The position numbers and the translations under genes are program-made. This document shows, piece by piece, positions 20,694-32,300 of a DNA stretch of 64,000 nt. The stretch's first letter is position 1; each line of letters opens with the position of its first letter. The notes below the pieces were generated by a model. It saw only the letters and a list, made by a program, of their open reading frames with translations, did no database searches and was not told the DNA's origin. The DNA comes from an uncultured Bacteroidales bacterium (lineage in GTDB: Bacteria > Bacteroidota > Bacteroidia > Bacteroidales > VadinHA17), in NCBI GenBank assembly GCA_963765005.1, contig CAVXUP010000009.1, forward strand, positions 77,609-141,608. Direction: 5' to 3'.

Positions 20694-23519
20694 TTATTCT
20701 TTAACAAGATCATAACCATCAATTTTCCCTTTTTCAACCTGCGAGATCCCATACTTCATCCAGTATGGCATAGGTGCATCTTTCAGATAATGATCAAAAA
20801 ACTGCATCTTTCGTATTGAAATATCCTTCCTGTTTGCCCTGCGCACAAGGTTATGCGCTTCATCGTTGTACGAGAGCAGCCAGGCAGGCTTGTCAAGTCG
20901 GCGGAGTGCTGTTATAAATTCAATACCCTGGTACCATGGAACAGCACCGTCAGCATCGTTATGCATAAGCAGCAGAGGTGTGTTTATTTTGGGGACAAAG
21001 AAAATCGGAGAATTTTCAATAAACTGAACGGGTTTATCCCAGAGAGTACCGCCGATTCTGCTTTGTGTATGCTCGTATTGAAACATTCTGCTCATTCCTG
21101 TCTCCCATCTTATTCCGCCATAAGCACTGGTCATATTACTGACCACTGCCCCTGCATAAGCACAGGCAAAAAGATTCGTCTGAGTTACAAGCCAGGCAAT
21201 CTGGTAGCCACCCCAGCTCTGGCCATCAAGAGCAAGTCTGTTCCGGTCGATAAAATTATATCTGTCGAGAAGGGAGGTGGTTCCGCTGATGACTGAATTA
21301 TAGCAGCTTTGACCGGGATAACCAATTTTATAGGGAATATCCGGAACAAAAACGAGATAGCCGTTACTGGCCGCAAATGTCTTGTTAATTATCGATGCGC
21401 TTGGAGCCGGGGCACCATAACTGTACAACTCGTCAGAACTCCGCTCATAAAAATAGACGATCATCGGATACTTTTTCGAAGGATCAAAATCTTCAGGCTT
21501 GAACAGCAAGCCCTGAAGTTTTTCATTGTCAAAGGAGTTCCATTCTACAAGTTCAACAGTTATCCAGTTGTATTTGCTTTGCTGAGGATTTGTAACAGAG
21601 ATCTGGCGGGAATTTTCAAAATTAAGATCACTTATCCACAACTCGGGATAAATTCCGGATGTTCCTTTATTCCAGATTATCCGATCGGCCTTCTTTGCTT
21701 TTGTAATACCTCTTCCGAAGGAACACTTTTCCATTAAGATCCTCGATGGATCATTTGCTTTACCAGTCTTAAGTGTAAAAAAGCCGGCCTCTTTGTTAAG
21801 ATAATTAAAGGCTGAGAGATACATAAGTTCTTTCTTCCCGATAAAATCTGCTTCATCGTCGAGTTTCAGATACCTTAACCGTATATTATTTAATCTGCCA
21901 TAATTATTGCTGAGATTAATCGCAGGTTCTGATCCCTGCAGGTCAACGATCCAGATATCAAAGCGGTCATAAATAAGAAGATGTCTCTCATCATCCATCC
22001 AGCCTGCAATTCCGTGAGGCTGGGGATCATCGGGAAGGTCATTCAGTTCATCATACAGAGGTACTTTTATATCGCGGGTAAGATTTTTTGGCTGTCCGCC
22101 TTCTAAGGATAATGAGAACCAACCCTTTTCTTTGTTATCCCAGTATACAAAATATTTGCATGAAGGAGAAAGTACTGCCCTGCCTGCACATCTCTCTGCT
22201 AAAAGCGTCCTTTTGCCGGTCTCAATATTTACAAGGTAGTAATCCGACGGTGACGATCCTTCCCAGGATGATGCCCTGCGATATTTCAGGTCGGAGGAAG
22301 CAAGACCAAAGATATAATTTCCTTTGCCGTAGGTCCTCAGATTTGGAACCAGGGTGTCAGTCAGCTGAAACATCAATCCATTGTCAATATGATAAACTGC
22401 CTGCCAGGTCCTTTTCTTTTCCTGCTCAAGCTGTTTCTTTTGCATGGGTTGAAGCAGGTTATCATCCCATGACCAGATATCAAGCCTGTACTTTTCATCT
22501 TCAAGAAGTGTATCGATAGGTTCTTTAACAGGTTTTTTTGCCGTACCGAAATACAGCCTTGAGCCGTCATCAGAAAAAGAAATATTTCCGTTCTCACTGA
22601 CTGACCACCCCCTAAACATTGAAGGATCTGCAAGCCCTACAGTTTTTGACGCCTTCTCAAGGTTTTTTGACAAATAGAGATCATATACTTTAACTTTTGC
22701 TGTGTCGGCAGAATATATGAATGAGACATTATTCCCACTCCTGTCTGTTGTTAATTTTTTCACAGTTCCCTTCCCTTCAAAGACTACGGTTGAAGTTTCA
22801 TTTTTTATATCAAATATATTGACCACGAAGTTTTCAATTTTAGTAGTATCAGGCAGCGACTGCAGGTAACTTATTGTTTTTCCATCCTTTGCAACAACGT
22901 ACTCTGTAACATTATCAAAAGAGTATTCTTTTGCTGTAAGCGGATTATATATAACAAATCCCGTTCCTTTCGGTTCAGCCGTTTTAGCTTTTCCGGCAGC
23001 AGGAACCGTATTTGTTTTTGTAGTATCTGTCTGAGTTTTATTATCTTTCTTTTCCTCGGCCTTCTTTTCCAGCAGGTAAGCCATCCACTGAGAATTTTTC
23101 TCAGGAAGTTCAAAAGATTTTACTCTAAGGATCTTCTTTATTTCATTTCCAGGCAACACCCTGATTTCAAGATCATTTTTTGGCATCTTATCCTCCTTGA
23201 GTTTCTTCTTTTTTGCCTGACGGGTCACCGCATATTTTGGAATGATCTGATAAGCGATATACTTTGATCCGGGAGAAAACTGAGGACGGGTACCACATGC
23301 AACTGAATCATTCTGTTTTGCGGTACTGTTATAGATATGAAGCCATCCATCGCCAAGCTGGGGATTTACTGTATAGGCTACCCACTGTCCGTCTTCTGAG
23401 ATAATCTGTGCTCCAATGCTTTTCCACCCGTCATACGAGGAGCTGTCGAGGGCAGGCTTCTGACAATAAACAGATAGTGCAAAAAGGGATATAAAAAGTG
23501 CAATTCCGGGCTTTTTCAT
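20694..23519 (-). CDS. S9-family serine peptidase (prolyl oligopeptidase/DPP-like) with an N-terminal beta-propeller
   Basis: 941 aa with a signal peptide. Nucleophile elbow 'DGQSWGGY', then 'HNDADGAVP' and 'NDEAHNL', consistent with a Ser-Asp-His triad. Confidence 0.9.
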   Translation of the reverse strand: MKKPGIALFISLFALSVYCQKPALDSSSYDGWKSIGAQIISEDGQWVAYTVNPQLGDGWLHIYNSTAKQNDSVACGTRPQFSPGSKYIAYQIIPKYAVTRQAKKKKLKEDKMPKNDLEIRVLPGNEIKKILRVKSFELPEKNSQWMAYLLEKKAEEKKDNKTQTDTTKTNTVPAAGKAKTAEPKGTGFVIYNPLTAKEYSFDNVTEYVVAKDGKTISYLQSLPDTTKIENFVVNIFDIKNETSTVVFEGKGTVKKLTTDRSGNNVSFIYSADTAKVKVYDLYLSKNLEKASKTVGLADPSMFRGWSVSENGNISFSDDGSRLYFGTAKKPVKEPIDTLLEDEKYRLDIWSWDDNLLQPMQKKQLEQEKKRTWQAVYHIDNGLMFQLTDTLVPNLRTYGKGNYIFGLASSDLKYRRASSWEGSSPSDYYLVNIETGKRTLLAERCAGRAVLSPSCKYFVYWDNKEKGWFSLSLEGGQPKNLTRDIKVPLYDELNDLPDDPQPHGIAGWMDDERHLLIYDRFDIWIVDLQGSEPAINLSNNYGRLNNIRLRYLKLDDEADFIGKKELMYLSAFNYLNKEAGFFTLKTGKANDPSRILMEKCSFGRGITKAKKADRIIWNKGTSGIYPELWISDLNFENSRQISVTNPQQSKYNWITVELVEWNSFDNEKLQGLLFKPEDFDPSKKYPMIVYFYERSSDELYSYGAPAPSASIINKTFAASNGYLVFVPDIPYKIGYPGQSCYNSVISGTTSLLDRYNFIDRNRLALDGQSWGGYQIAWLVTQTNLFACAYAGAVVSNMTSAYGGIRWETGMSRMFQYEHTQSRIGGTLWDKPVQFIENSPIFFVPKINTPLLLMHNDADGAVPWYQGIEFITALRRLDKPAWLLSYNDEAHNLVRRANRKDISIRKMQFFDHYLKDAPMPYWMKYGISQVEKGKIDGYDLVKE

Positions 23520-23611
23520 AGATGGATTTTTTTAGACCATAAACTTAGAAAAGAATAATCATTTACAGATATAAAATTTAGCTGTTGTTGATCATTTTAT
23601 GGTGATAATTC

Positions 23612-23619
23612 TATATTTG
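23612..23619 (+). promoter_or_regulatory. TAnnTTTG -7 box upstream of the DUF1343 gene
   Basis: TATATTTG, 20 nt upstream of ATG 23639. Confidence 0.45.
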
Positions 23620-23638
23620 TTAATAAATTGAAAAAGAA

Positions 23639-24814
23639 ATGACAAGAACAGGGCTGGAGTTAATATTAAATAAATTTCCTGAAAAACTTAAGGGAAAGAG
23701 GATCGGCATCCTTTGTCATGCCCCAAGCATTACAAGAGATTTCTCGCATATTACAGATCTTTTCTTTGCACGAAGTGATTGCAGGCTTACAGCAATTTTC
23801 GGACCTCAGCACGGTCTTTACGGCCAGACGCAGGATAATATGATTGAATGGAGCAGCCAGATACATCCAGAGTATAAGGTTCCCCTCTTCAGTCTGTATG
23901 GAGAACACAGGAAGCCTTCACCTGAAATGCTTGAAGAAATTGATGTGCTCTTAGTTGACCTGCAGGACATAGGCGCACGGCTTTATACCTATATCTGGAC
24001 TGTAAAACTATGCATTGAAGCATGCGGAGAAGCCGGTATTCCGGTATGGATACTCGACAGGCCAAATCCTGTTGCTGCTCTTCCTTATGATGGTCCGGTT
24101 CTTAAAGAGGAATACTTTACATTTGTCGGAGGTGCATCAATTCCAATGTGCCATCGCATGACAATTGGAGAGATGTCGCTGTGGATCAGGGATAAGTATT
24201 ACCCGGCCTGTGAACTGAATGTAGTATGGATGAAAAACTGGAGACGGACAATGATGTACAATGCAACAGGTCTTCCCTGGGTGTTGCCCTCCCCAAATAT
24301 GCCCTCATTGAGTACGGCAATTGTTTATCCCGGCACAGTCCTTATTGAAGCACTTAATCTCTCAGAAGGAAGGGGTACTACAATTCCGTTTGAACTTTTT
24401 GGAGCACCCTTTATCGATGCTCCGGAATTGAAGAAAAACCTGGATAATCGTAAAATAGCAGGATGTGCTTTCAGGATACATAGTTTCATTCCTACATTTC
24501 ATAAATTCAGCGGCAGGTCTTGCAATGGTTTGCAATTACATGTTACCAATACTGGTAACTTTGAGCCTGTTGCAACAGCTTTTGAGATATTTGACGCAAT
24601 TATTGAGACCTCGCCAGAAGGGGCACTCAAATTTAATAACCCTCCTTATGAATATGAGGAGAAGCTGATGCCGTTCGACATTCTTTCAGGTGATAGCATG
24701 ATGAGGGAAGCCCTCACTGAGAGGAAAGGCATTAAGGGAGAAAAGGAAAGATGGAAATATGAAACAGAGATCTTTCTGAAGGATTTTTCACAGATGGCTG
24801 CCTACGAAGAGTAA
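23639..24814 (+). CDS. DUF1343 protein (NamZ-like exo-beta-N-acetylmuramidase family)
   Basis: 391 aa with 'GKRIGILCHAPS', 'IFGPQHG', 'DLQDIGARLYTYIWT' and 'ILDRPNP', which are typical of DUF1343. Confidence 0.8.
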   Translation: MTRTGLELILNKFPEKLKGKRIGILCHAPSITRDFSHITDLFFARSDCRLTAIFGPQHGLYGQTQDNMIEWSSQIHPEYKVPLFSLYGEHRKPSPEMLEEIDVLLVDLQDIGARLYTYIWTVKLCIEACGEAGIPVWILDRPNPVAALPYDGPVLKEEYFTFVGGASIPMCHRMTIGEMSLWIRDKYYPACELNVVWMKNWRRTMMYNATGLPWVLPSPNMPSLSTAIVYPGTVLIEALNLSEGRGTTIPFELFGAPFIDAPELKKNLDNRKIAGCAFRIHSFIPTFHKFSGRSCNGLQLHVTNTGNFEPVATAFEIFDAIIETSPEGALKFNNPPYEYEEKLMPFDILSGDSMMREALTERKGIKGEKERWKYETEIFLKDFSQMAAYEE

Positions 24815-24839
24815 AATATTCAAAAACCAGAGCATTAGC

Positions 24840-25223
24840 TCACTCAAATAGTCCTTCATCCCTGAGAAGCAGGAGAACAGAAGAGTGAGGGACAATCACA
24901 TATTTTTCGCGGTTGAACTCAATTTCAATGGCACTGCTTTGCATATAGACAGCCTGATCGCCTTCCTTTGCCTGAAGCGGAACATATTTAGGTTCATCTG
25001 AACTGTTCTTCCAGGGCTCATCACTCTCATTTATTGAAGGAATGGGATACCCCGGACCTGCTTTAACAACATAGCCCAACTGTACTTTTTCGTTTTCGCT
25101 GACGCCTGGCGGAAGAAGCAGCCCGCTTTTTGTCTTAGACTGCGGGACCTTTGGCTTAATAAGTATCCTGTCGCCGATTACTATCAGCTTCTTTAAATCC
25201 TTTTCATCCAATAAAACACTCAT
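24840..25223 (-). CDS. GroES/Cpn10-family protein (stand-alone, with an insertion)
   Basis: 127 aa with 'VIGDRILIKPKVPQSKTKSGLLLP' (Cpn10 mobile-loop-like region) and 'EGDQAVY...KYVIV'. Confidence 0.6.
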   Translation of the reverse strand: MSVLLDEKDLKKLIVIGDRILIKPKVPQSKTKSGLLLPPGVSENEKVQLGYVVKAGPGYPIPSINESDEPWKNSSDEPKYVPLQAKEGDQAVYMQSSAIEIEFNREKYVIVPHSSVLLLLRDEGLFE

Positions 25224-25338
25224 AGCTTTTTATAATTGGGACAAAAATAGATTTTTTTAAACTGAACGGCAAAAAGAACAGCAGTTTTAATTATAATTGT
25301 ATTCTCCGCCAGGCATCATAGTTATTTTCATAAGCACA

Positions 25339-25950
25339 ATGGAATCTGACATTTACAGAACAATTGCTGCCCCTTCAGAGGGAATTTACAAAGAGAAGGG
25401 CAGCCGTTTCATTGCAAACGCTTATCCGGTAGCCGGCAATGAGGACATCCGGCACCTTACGGAAAAAATCAGAAAAGAACGACACGATGCCAGACATCAT
25501 TGTTTTGCTTACATGCTGGGACATAAGCGGGATAACTGGAGGGTGAACGATGACGGAGAACCTTCAGGCACAGCAGGAAAACCAATTCTGGGACAGATCA
25601 ACACACGGGAACTAACAAATACCCTTATAATCGTAAGCAGATATTTTGGAGGAACGCTTCTTGGGGTAAGCGGCCTGATAAACGCATACAGGACGGCTTC
25701 TGCGGAAGCGCTGACAAATGCCGATATAGTTGAGAGGACCGTGAGGGAATACTATGAATTATCTTTTCCTTATCTCTCTATGAATGATGTAATGAAGATT
25801 CTCAAAGAGGAGGATATCAGACAAAGCGGCCAGGATTTTGGACTATCCTGTGTAATCATGATTGATTTCAGGGTATCGCTGAAGGAAAGGATTCTTGCAA
25901 GGCTGGCAAGAATTGAAGACCTTAAGTATAAATTCCTGGAAATTCAATAG
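25339..25950 (+). CDS. yigZ: YigZ/IMPACT-family (UPF0029) protein
   Basis: 'EKGSRFIANAYPV' and 'ARHHCFAY...DDGEPSGTAGKPIL' are the IMPACT N-domain signature. I chose the start at the internal ATG 25339. Confidence 0.8.
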   Translation: MESDIYRTIAAPSEGIYKEKGSRFIANAYPVAGNEDIRHLTEKIRKERHDARHHCFAYMLGHKRDNWRVNDDGEPSGTAGKPILGQINTRELTNTLIIVSRYFGGTLLGVSGLINAYRTASAEALTNADIVERTVREYYELSFPYLSMNDVMKILKEEDIRQSGQDFGLSCVIMIDFRVSLKERILARLARIEDLKYKFLEIQ

Positions 25951-26062
25951 GAGTCCATATGTTTAAAGTTTTTAGTAAATTATTAACAGCAACTTAAGAA
26001 CCGACAATTCTCCGTAAATTTGATTCGGATGTCCTGAGCCAGTTCAAAATATTCCAACCACG

Positions 26063-26971
26063 ATGAAAAACAGAAGTTTAGTCTCAATTGATGATTTCTC
26101 AACAGAGGAGATACTAAGGATTCTTGATCTTACCGATGAGTTTGAAAAAGAGTCGACCAGCAAACTGCTTGAAGGCAAGGTTATTGCGACTCTTTTCTTT
26201 GAGCCCTCAACAAGAACAAGGCTTAGTTTTGAGAGTGCTGTTAACAGGCTTGGAGGCAAAGTAATCGGATTTACTGATGCCTCCAGTTCAAGTGTATCCA
26301 AGGGGGAAACCCTGAACGACACAATCAGAACAGTTAATAACTACTGCGATCTTATAGTAATGAGGCATCCTATTGAGGGAAGCGCAAGATTTGCAAGCGA
26401 GATTTCAACTGTGCCGGTTATAAATGCAGGGGACGGTGCAAATCAGCATCCCACACAAACGCTGCTTGATCTCTATTCCATAAGGAAAACCCAGGGAACT
26501 CTTGAAAACCTTAATATATTCCTTGTTGGCGATCTTAAGTACGGAAGGACAGTACACTCCCTCGTAATGGCAATGTCGCGATGGAATGCCACTTTTAATT
26601 TCATCTCTCCCGAAGAGCTTAAAATTCCTGATGAATTCAAATTGTACCTTGATAACCTTGGGCTCAAATATTATGAGCACAGCGACTTTACTGACATAGT
26701 GTCGAAAGCGGATATTATTTATATGACAAGGGTGCAGAAAGAGAGGTTTTCAGATCCTATTGAATATGAGAAAGTCAAGAATGTATATGTACTCAGAAAC
26801 ACAATGCTGAAGAATACAAAGCCAGGTATGCGCATCCTTCATCCGCTGCCGAGGGTGAACGAAATACATCAGGATGTTGACAGCAATAACAAGGCTTATT
26901 ATTTTGAGCAGGCCCTTAATGGTGTCTATACAAGGCAGGCAATTTTATGTTCACTTTTAGGAATAAAGTAG
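26063..26971 (+). CDS. pyrB: Aspartate carbamoyltransferase catalytic subunit
   Basis: 302 aa with '[11 protein letters not shown]', 'HPTQ' and 'HPLPR'. Confidence 0.95.
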   Translation: MKNRSLVSIDDFSTEEILRILDLTDEFEKESTSKLLEGKVIATLFFEPSTRTRLSFESAVNRLGGKVIGFTDASSSSVSKGETLNDTIRTVNNYCDLIVMRHPIEGSARFASEISTVPVINAGDGANQHPTQTLLDLYSIRKTQGTLENLNIFLVGDLKYGRTVHSLVMAMSRWNATFNFISPEELKIPDEFKLYLDNLGLKYYEHSDFTDIVSKADIIYMTRVQKERFSDPIEYEKVKNVYVLRNTMLKNTKPGMRILHPLPRVNEIHQDVDSNNKAYYFEQALNGVYTRQAILCSLLGIK

Positions 26972-26985
26972 GAAAGGGAAACAAA

Positions 26986-27445
26986 ATGAAGGAACCGAAA
27001 CAATTAAGCGTAAGCGCAATTCAGAACGGAACAGTTATAGATCATGTCCCGGCAAGCAACCTGTTCAAGGTAATTCAGATCCTTGGGCTTGACAAGATCG
27101 ACAACCAGATAACATTTGGCACTAACCTTGAAAGCAAGAAACTTGGCAGAAAGGCGATAATCAAAATAACCGGGGTATTTTTTGAGGATGAGGATATAAA
27201 CAGGATAGCACTTGTGGCACCGGATGCAAAGCTGAATATTATCAAGGATTATGAAGTTGTTGAAAAGAAAGTTGTAGAGGTTCCCGACAATATAGTGGGA
27301 ATAGCCAAATGCATGAATCCAAAGTGCATAACCAATTTTGAACATGTTATTACAAAGTTCCGGGTAGTCTCAAAAAAGAATGTTGCACTTAAAATGCCAT
27401 TACTGTGAGAAGATTACCAACCAGGAAAATATGCACATTATATAA
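26986..27445 (+). pseudogene. pyrI: Aspartate carbamoyltransferase regulatory subunit, interrupted by a +1 frameshift in an A4 run (27391-27394)
   Basis: Reading from ATG 26986 gives 'MKEPKQLSVSAIQNGTVIDH...CMNPKCITNFEHV...VALK' and then a stop at 27406 ('MPLL*'). Skipping one A restores 'KCHYCEKITNQENMHII*', ending at 27445. That is the second Cys pair of the PyrI zinc domain (compare E. coli 'ALKCKYCEKEF'). Confidence 0.85.
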
Positions 27446-27483
27446 TGCCTCCTTAACGCTCGGTCCCCTTTGCGTTTAATTTC

Positions 27484-27953
27484 TACCTTAGTCTGTCGTA
27501 CGATTTAACAAGATTATCATCCTTTTTTATGCCCCTGTATGCAAGAATTGCAAATATCAGTATCAATAAAGGCAACACCTATCTTGTATCCCGGGATTAA
27601 TTGAGCCTGGATATTCAGATATGTGCAAACCAAATGCAATATATAAAGGTAAGAATCAGCATAACAGCAAGGATTATAACAGGAAAACGCAAGTTTAGAT
27701 CTGAACTCTCCTGTTCCTGAAACAAATAAAGTTAAACCGAAACAATGGCTGTAAGTAACACAAATATTGTGAGCGGTAAAGTGCTGTGAACCTGAGGGCT
27801 TGCAACTCCTTCCGATGCAAGATTAATTCCTTTTATTGTGGCTTTATATAGCACTCCGCTTCCATCAGCAAATGTAAAAAGATTCCCTGCAAGGAATAAT
27901 ACTGACAACAGGATTGTCAGAAACAGGTATAAAGATTGAATTCGCTGGATCAT
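27484..27953 (-). pseudogene. DUF4293-family membrane protein, multiply disrupted
   Basis: The N-terminus 'MIQRIQSLYLFLTILLSVLF' (ATG 27953) runs to a stop at 27732. The remaining fragments lie in other frames: 'FRNRRVQI*TCVFLL', 'FPVIILAVMLILTFIY', and the family-typical C-terminus 'ILAYRGIKKDDNLVKSYDRLR*' ending at 27484. Confidence 0.7.
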
Positions 27954-28100
27954 TTTTTCCTTAGTTATTGAAATGCAAAAATAATTTCTTTTATTGACGA
28001 GGGGCATTCCGAAAGTAAAATCTTTATTCTTAAAGGAATTGATACAGGTGATTTAACATATTTTAATTGTTTTTAAGACAACAACTATAAGCATATTGCC

Positions 28101-28108
28101 TATTTTTG
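28101..28108 (+). promoter_or_regulatory. TAnnTTTG -7 box upstream of the efflux operon
   Basis: TATTTTTG, about 97 nt upstream of ATG 28205. Confidence 0.4.
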
Positions 28109-28204
28109 CCACTTCAGGCCAGCAGATATTTTGTTGAGCTAACAGGTCAAACTGGACTAAGAAATAAATCCTGATGTTAACAGTAATAAATCTCAGACAA
28201 GCAT

Positions 28205-29318
28205 ATGAATAAGCGAGTGAAATCAGTGGTGACGATTATAATAATTGTCTTTCTTGCCGGTGTGATATTTTACCCGAAATACAAACCTCTCCTCGCCAGT
28301 AAGATGAAAGGTGAAAAAGGAGCACAAGGCCCACAGGGGCAGCAAGGTCCTATGAGGCAGCAGCAACAAAAGCTTAATGTAGTTGGTTATGTGATTGTTC
28401 CAACTAATATGAGCGATAAAATCAATCAGTCCGGAACACTTTTACCCGATGAAGAAGTTAATCTTTCATTCGAGACTTCCGGTAAAATTGTGAATATTAA
28501 TTTCACAGAAGGAACAAGGGTACGGAAAGGTGATCTTCTTGCAAAAATGAATGATCGTCCCCTTCAGGCTCAGCTGGAAAAGCTTGAGGTACAGTTAAAA
28601 ATGGCAGAATCGAAAGAGTTCCGGCAGCGAAGTTTGCTTGATAAGGATGCAATAAGTCAGGAGAGTTATGATCAGATTCAGACAGATGTTCAAAGTATAA
28701 AGGCTGATATTAATCTTATAAAGGCACGCATATCAGAAACAGAACTTCGGGCGCCTTTTGATGGGATCATTGGTGTAAGAGATGTAAGTGAAGGCAGTTT
28801 TGCCACATCTTCCACAAAGATTGCAAAACTCGTAAAGATCAAACCCATTAAGGTTCAATTCTCTATTTCTGAAAAGTATACTTCAGAAATCAGAATAGGA
28901 TATCCGATTACGTTCAGAGTTGCCGGTAGCGATAAGATTTATAATGCAAAGGTATATGCCATAGATCCTAAAATAGATCTGGATACAAAAACTATTGTTC
29001 TGCGTGCACTTTATCCAAATAATGATGAGGAGCTTAAACCAGGCCGGTATGCCAGTATTTCACTCGAGCTTGTCGAAAAAGGAGAATGCTATTTCGATAC
29101 CAACTGAGGCTGTGATTGCTGAAATGGAAGGGGAGAAAGTCTTTGTTTACAGGCAAGGTAAAGCAAAATCATTTAAAATTACAATCGGTTTAAGAACTGA
29201 ATCAAATATTCAGATCACCGACGGGCTTAAATTCGGAGATACACTGATTACAACAGGCATTATGCAGTTAAGACAGAATCTGCCTGTAGTTCTTGATACT
29301 GTCATTCTTAACAAATAA
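28205..29318 (+). pseudogene. RND efflux periplasmic adaptor (membrane fusion protein, HlyD/AcrA family), with a +1 frameshift at the A5/GG run 29076-29082
   Basis: ORF 28205..29107 has an N-terminal TM, a coiled-coil hairpin and the 'LRAPFDGIIG' lipoyl-like motif. ORF 28995..29318 carries the C-terminal part in the next frame. Joining at 'GAAAAAGG' gives 'KPGRYASISLELVEKENAISIPTEAVIAEMEGEKVFVY'. Confidence 0.85.
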
Positions 29319-29325
29319 CAAAAAA

Positions 29326-32300
29326 ATGAGTCTATCATCAGTTAGTATAAACAGGCCGGTTCTGGCAACAGTTTTTGCAATTGTTATTCTCCTTTTTGGT
29401 GTTGTTGGCGTTACTTTCCTTGGAGTCCGTGAATTTCCAAGCGTTGACCCGCCTATAATAAATGTAAGGACTTCCTATCCGGGGGCAAATTCGGATGTAA
29501 TTGAGACTCAGATAACTGAACCTCTGGAACAATCAATAAATGGGATTCCCGGTATCCGTTCTCTCACAAGTGTCAGCCGTCAGGGTGGAAGTGATATCAC
29601 TGTTGAATTTGAGTTATCTGTCGATATGGAGACCGCTGCAAATGACACAAGGGATAAGGTATCACAAGCTATGAGAATGCTTCCAAGGGACTGTGACCCG
29701 CCGGTTGTTGCAAAAGCTGATGCAGATGCTAATCCGATTCTTCAGCTTACAATTGAAAGCGACAAAAGATCACTGCTTGAACTTTCTGAAATCGCGGACC
29801 TTACGATAAAGGAACAGTTGCAAACAATTCCAGGTGTAAGTGCTGTAATGATAATGGGAGAAAAGCGCTACGCAATGAGGCTTTGGCTCGATCCGGCCAA
29901 GCTTGCAGGTTACAGATTAACTCCACTCGACGTTAGAAATGCAATATCACGTGAAAATGTTGAACTCCCCTCCGGAAGTATTGAAGGGAATACAACACAA
30001 TTAACTATAAGAACACTGGGACTGATGTCTACTCCAAAAGAGTTTGATGATCTGATAATCAAACAGACAGGCGATCTGATTGTGCGTTTTAAGGATATTG
30101 GCAGAGCTGAACTCGGGCCTGAAGATATAAGGGGAATTCTTAAAAGAAATGGAGTTCCAATGGTAAGTGATGCAATAATTCCTCAGCCAGGGTCGAACCA
30201 TATTGAAATTGTTGATGAAGTATACCGCAGGCTCGAGTATATAAAGAAAGATCTTCCCGATGATATCAAGATTAAAATTGCATATGATAATACAATCTTT
30301 ATAAGGAATTCGATTAAGGAGGTAAAGGATACTATTTACATTGCATTCGCACTTGTAGTGATAATTATTTATTTCTTTTTAAGAAGCTGGCGAGCAACTT
30401 TAATACCGATCCTTGTCATCCCGGTTTCACTTATAGGTTCATTCTTTATTATGTATCTTGCCGGATACACTATAAATGTTCTTACTCTGCTTGCTATTGT
30501 CCTTGCAATCGGAATTGTTGTTGATGATGCAATTGTTGTGATGGAGAATATTTATGTTAAAGTAGAAAACGGTATTCCTCCAGTTAAGGCAGCACTTGAA
30601 GGATCGAAAGAGATTTATTTTGCAATTATAGCTACAACAATCACACTAATTTCTGTCTTTTTTCCAATAGTTTTCCTTCAGGGTATTACAGGAAGGCTGT
30701 TCAGGGAGTTTGCAATTGTAATGGCCGGAGCTGTTGGTATTTCAGCATTTCTTGCCTTGTCGCTTACGCCTATGGTCTCATCAAAACTGCTTCGGCATGA
30801 AAGCAAACACAGCTGGTTTTTCCGAAAAACTGAAAAATTCTTTGAGAACCTCAATAACGTCTATCGTAAGTTGCTTAACTCTTTTCTTAACCACAGGCGT
30901 GCTACCTTCCTTATTCTTGCTGGTACATTTGCCCTGATCTTCTTTTTATGGAAATCAATTCCTGCAGAAATGGCTCCGCTTGAAGACAGGTCGCAGATTT
31001 CTATAAATTCCACAGCCCAGGAAGGTGCAACATATGAGTTCATGCTTGAATATGTCGATGATATTTCCAATAGTGTTGAAGCATTAGTTCCCGAGCGCGA
31101 AGGTGTTATATCGTTTATACGAGGAGGAAGCATGGGAAGTACGAGAATTATGCTTGTAAACCCGAAAGACAGAAAAAGGACTCAGCAGGAGATTGCCGAC
31201 CAGCTTGGGGCTTTTCTGAGAAAGAAGACAAAAGCCAGATCAATGGTTATGCAGCAGTCAACTTTCGGAGGAAGACGGGCCGGGATGCCAATTCAATATG
31301 TTCTGCAGGCAACATCAATAGATAAACTAAGAGATGTTCTGCCAGTATTTATGTCGAAAGTTATGGATAACCCAATGTTCCAGATGGCTGACGTAAATCT
31401 AAAATTCACCAAGCCTGAACTCAGGATCCATATTGACAGGGATAAGGCAAGCGTTCTTGGTGTTTCAACACAGAATATTGGTCAGACCTTACAGCTGGCT
31501 CTTAGCGGTCAGCGATTCGGCTATTTCTTTATGAATGGCAAGCAGTATCAGATTTTGGGCGATCTTGCGAGAAGCGACAGAAACAAACCGCTGGATCTTC
31601 AATCTTTATATGTCAGAAACAATTCAGGGGAAATGATCCAGTTCGACAATCTTGTGTCATTCACTGAAGAAACGGCCCCTCCTTCACTGAACCGCTATAA
31701 CAGGTTTGTTTCTGCAACAATTTCAGCAGGACTGGCAGAAGGGAAGACAATAAGCCAGGGTCTTGATGAGATGGATAAAATTGCCAAAGAAGTTCTAGAC
31801 GATTCATTCAGAACAGCACTGGCCGGTGATTCCAAAGATTTCAAGGAAAGCTCATCGAGTCTTATGTTTGCATTTGTACTTGCCCTGATACTGATTTTCC
31901 TGGTCCTTGCTGCCCAGTTTGAAAGTTTCAAGGATCCTCTTATTGTGATGATGACTGTTCCGCTTGCTCTGACGGGTGCCCTTCTGTTTATGTGGTACTT
32001 TGATATTACAATGAATATTTTCAGCCAGATCGGAATTATAATGCTCATCGGACTGGTTTCAAAAAATGGTATTCTGATTGTAGAATTTGCGAACCAGCGA
32101 AAGCATGCAGGCATGTCCAAAATGGATGCAATCAAATTTGCTGCAGCATCACGTTTCAGACCGATATTAATGACCAGTTTAGCAACCATACTCGGGATCA
32201 TGCCGCTAGCTCTTGGTTTTGGAGAAGGAGCCCGAAGCCGTGTTTCTATGGGTATTGCAGTGGTTGGAGGAATGTTTTTTGCCACATTCCTGACTCTCTT

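Noticed and set aside
20681-20752. N-terminal extension of the 5'-nucleotidase ORF (MGSRRLKKGKL...)
   Set aside because: The extension overlaps the end of the S9 peptidase gene. The internal ATG at 20680 gives a canonical lipoprotein signal peptide.
20853-22519. Three ORFs of 142-147 aa on the + strand
   Set aside because: All are antisense within the 941-aa S9 peptidase gene and have no independent support.
28310-28351. Collagen-like G-X-Y run ('GEKGAQGPQGQQGP') followed by poly-Q in the efflux adaptor N-terminal linker
   Set aside because: It has only about five triplets. This is most simply a low-complexity flexible linker after the membrane anchor, not a collagen domain.
31695-32285. 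196-aa ORF on the - strand
   Set aside because: It is antisense within the RND pump gene and is a shadow ORF.
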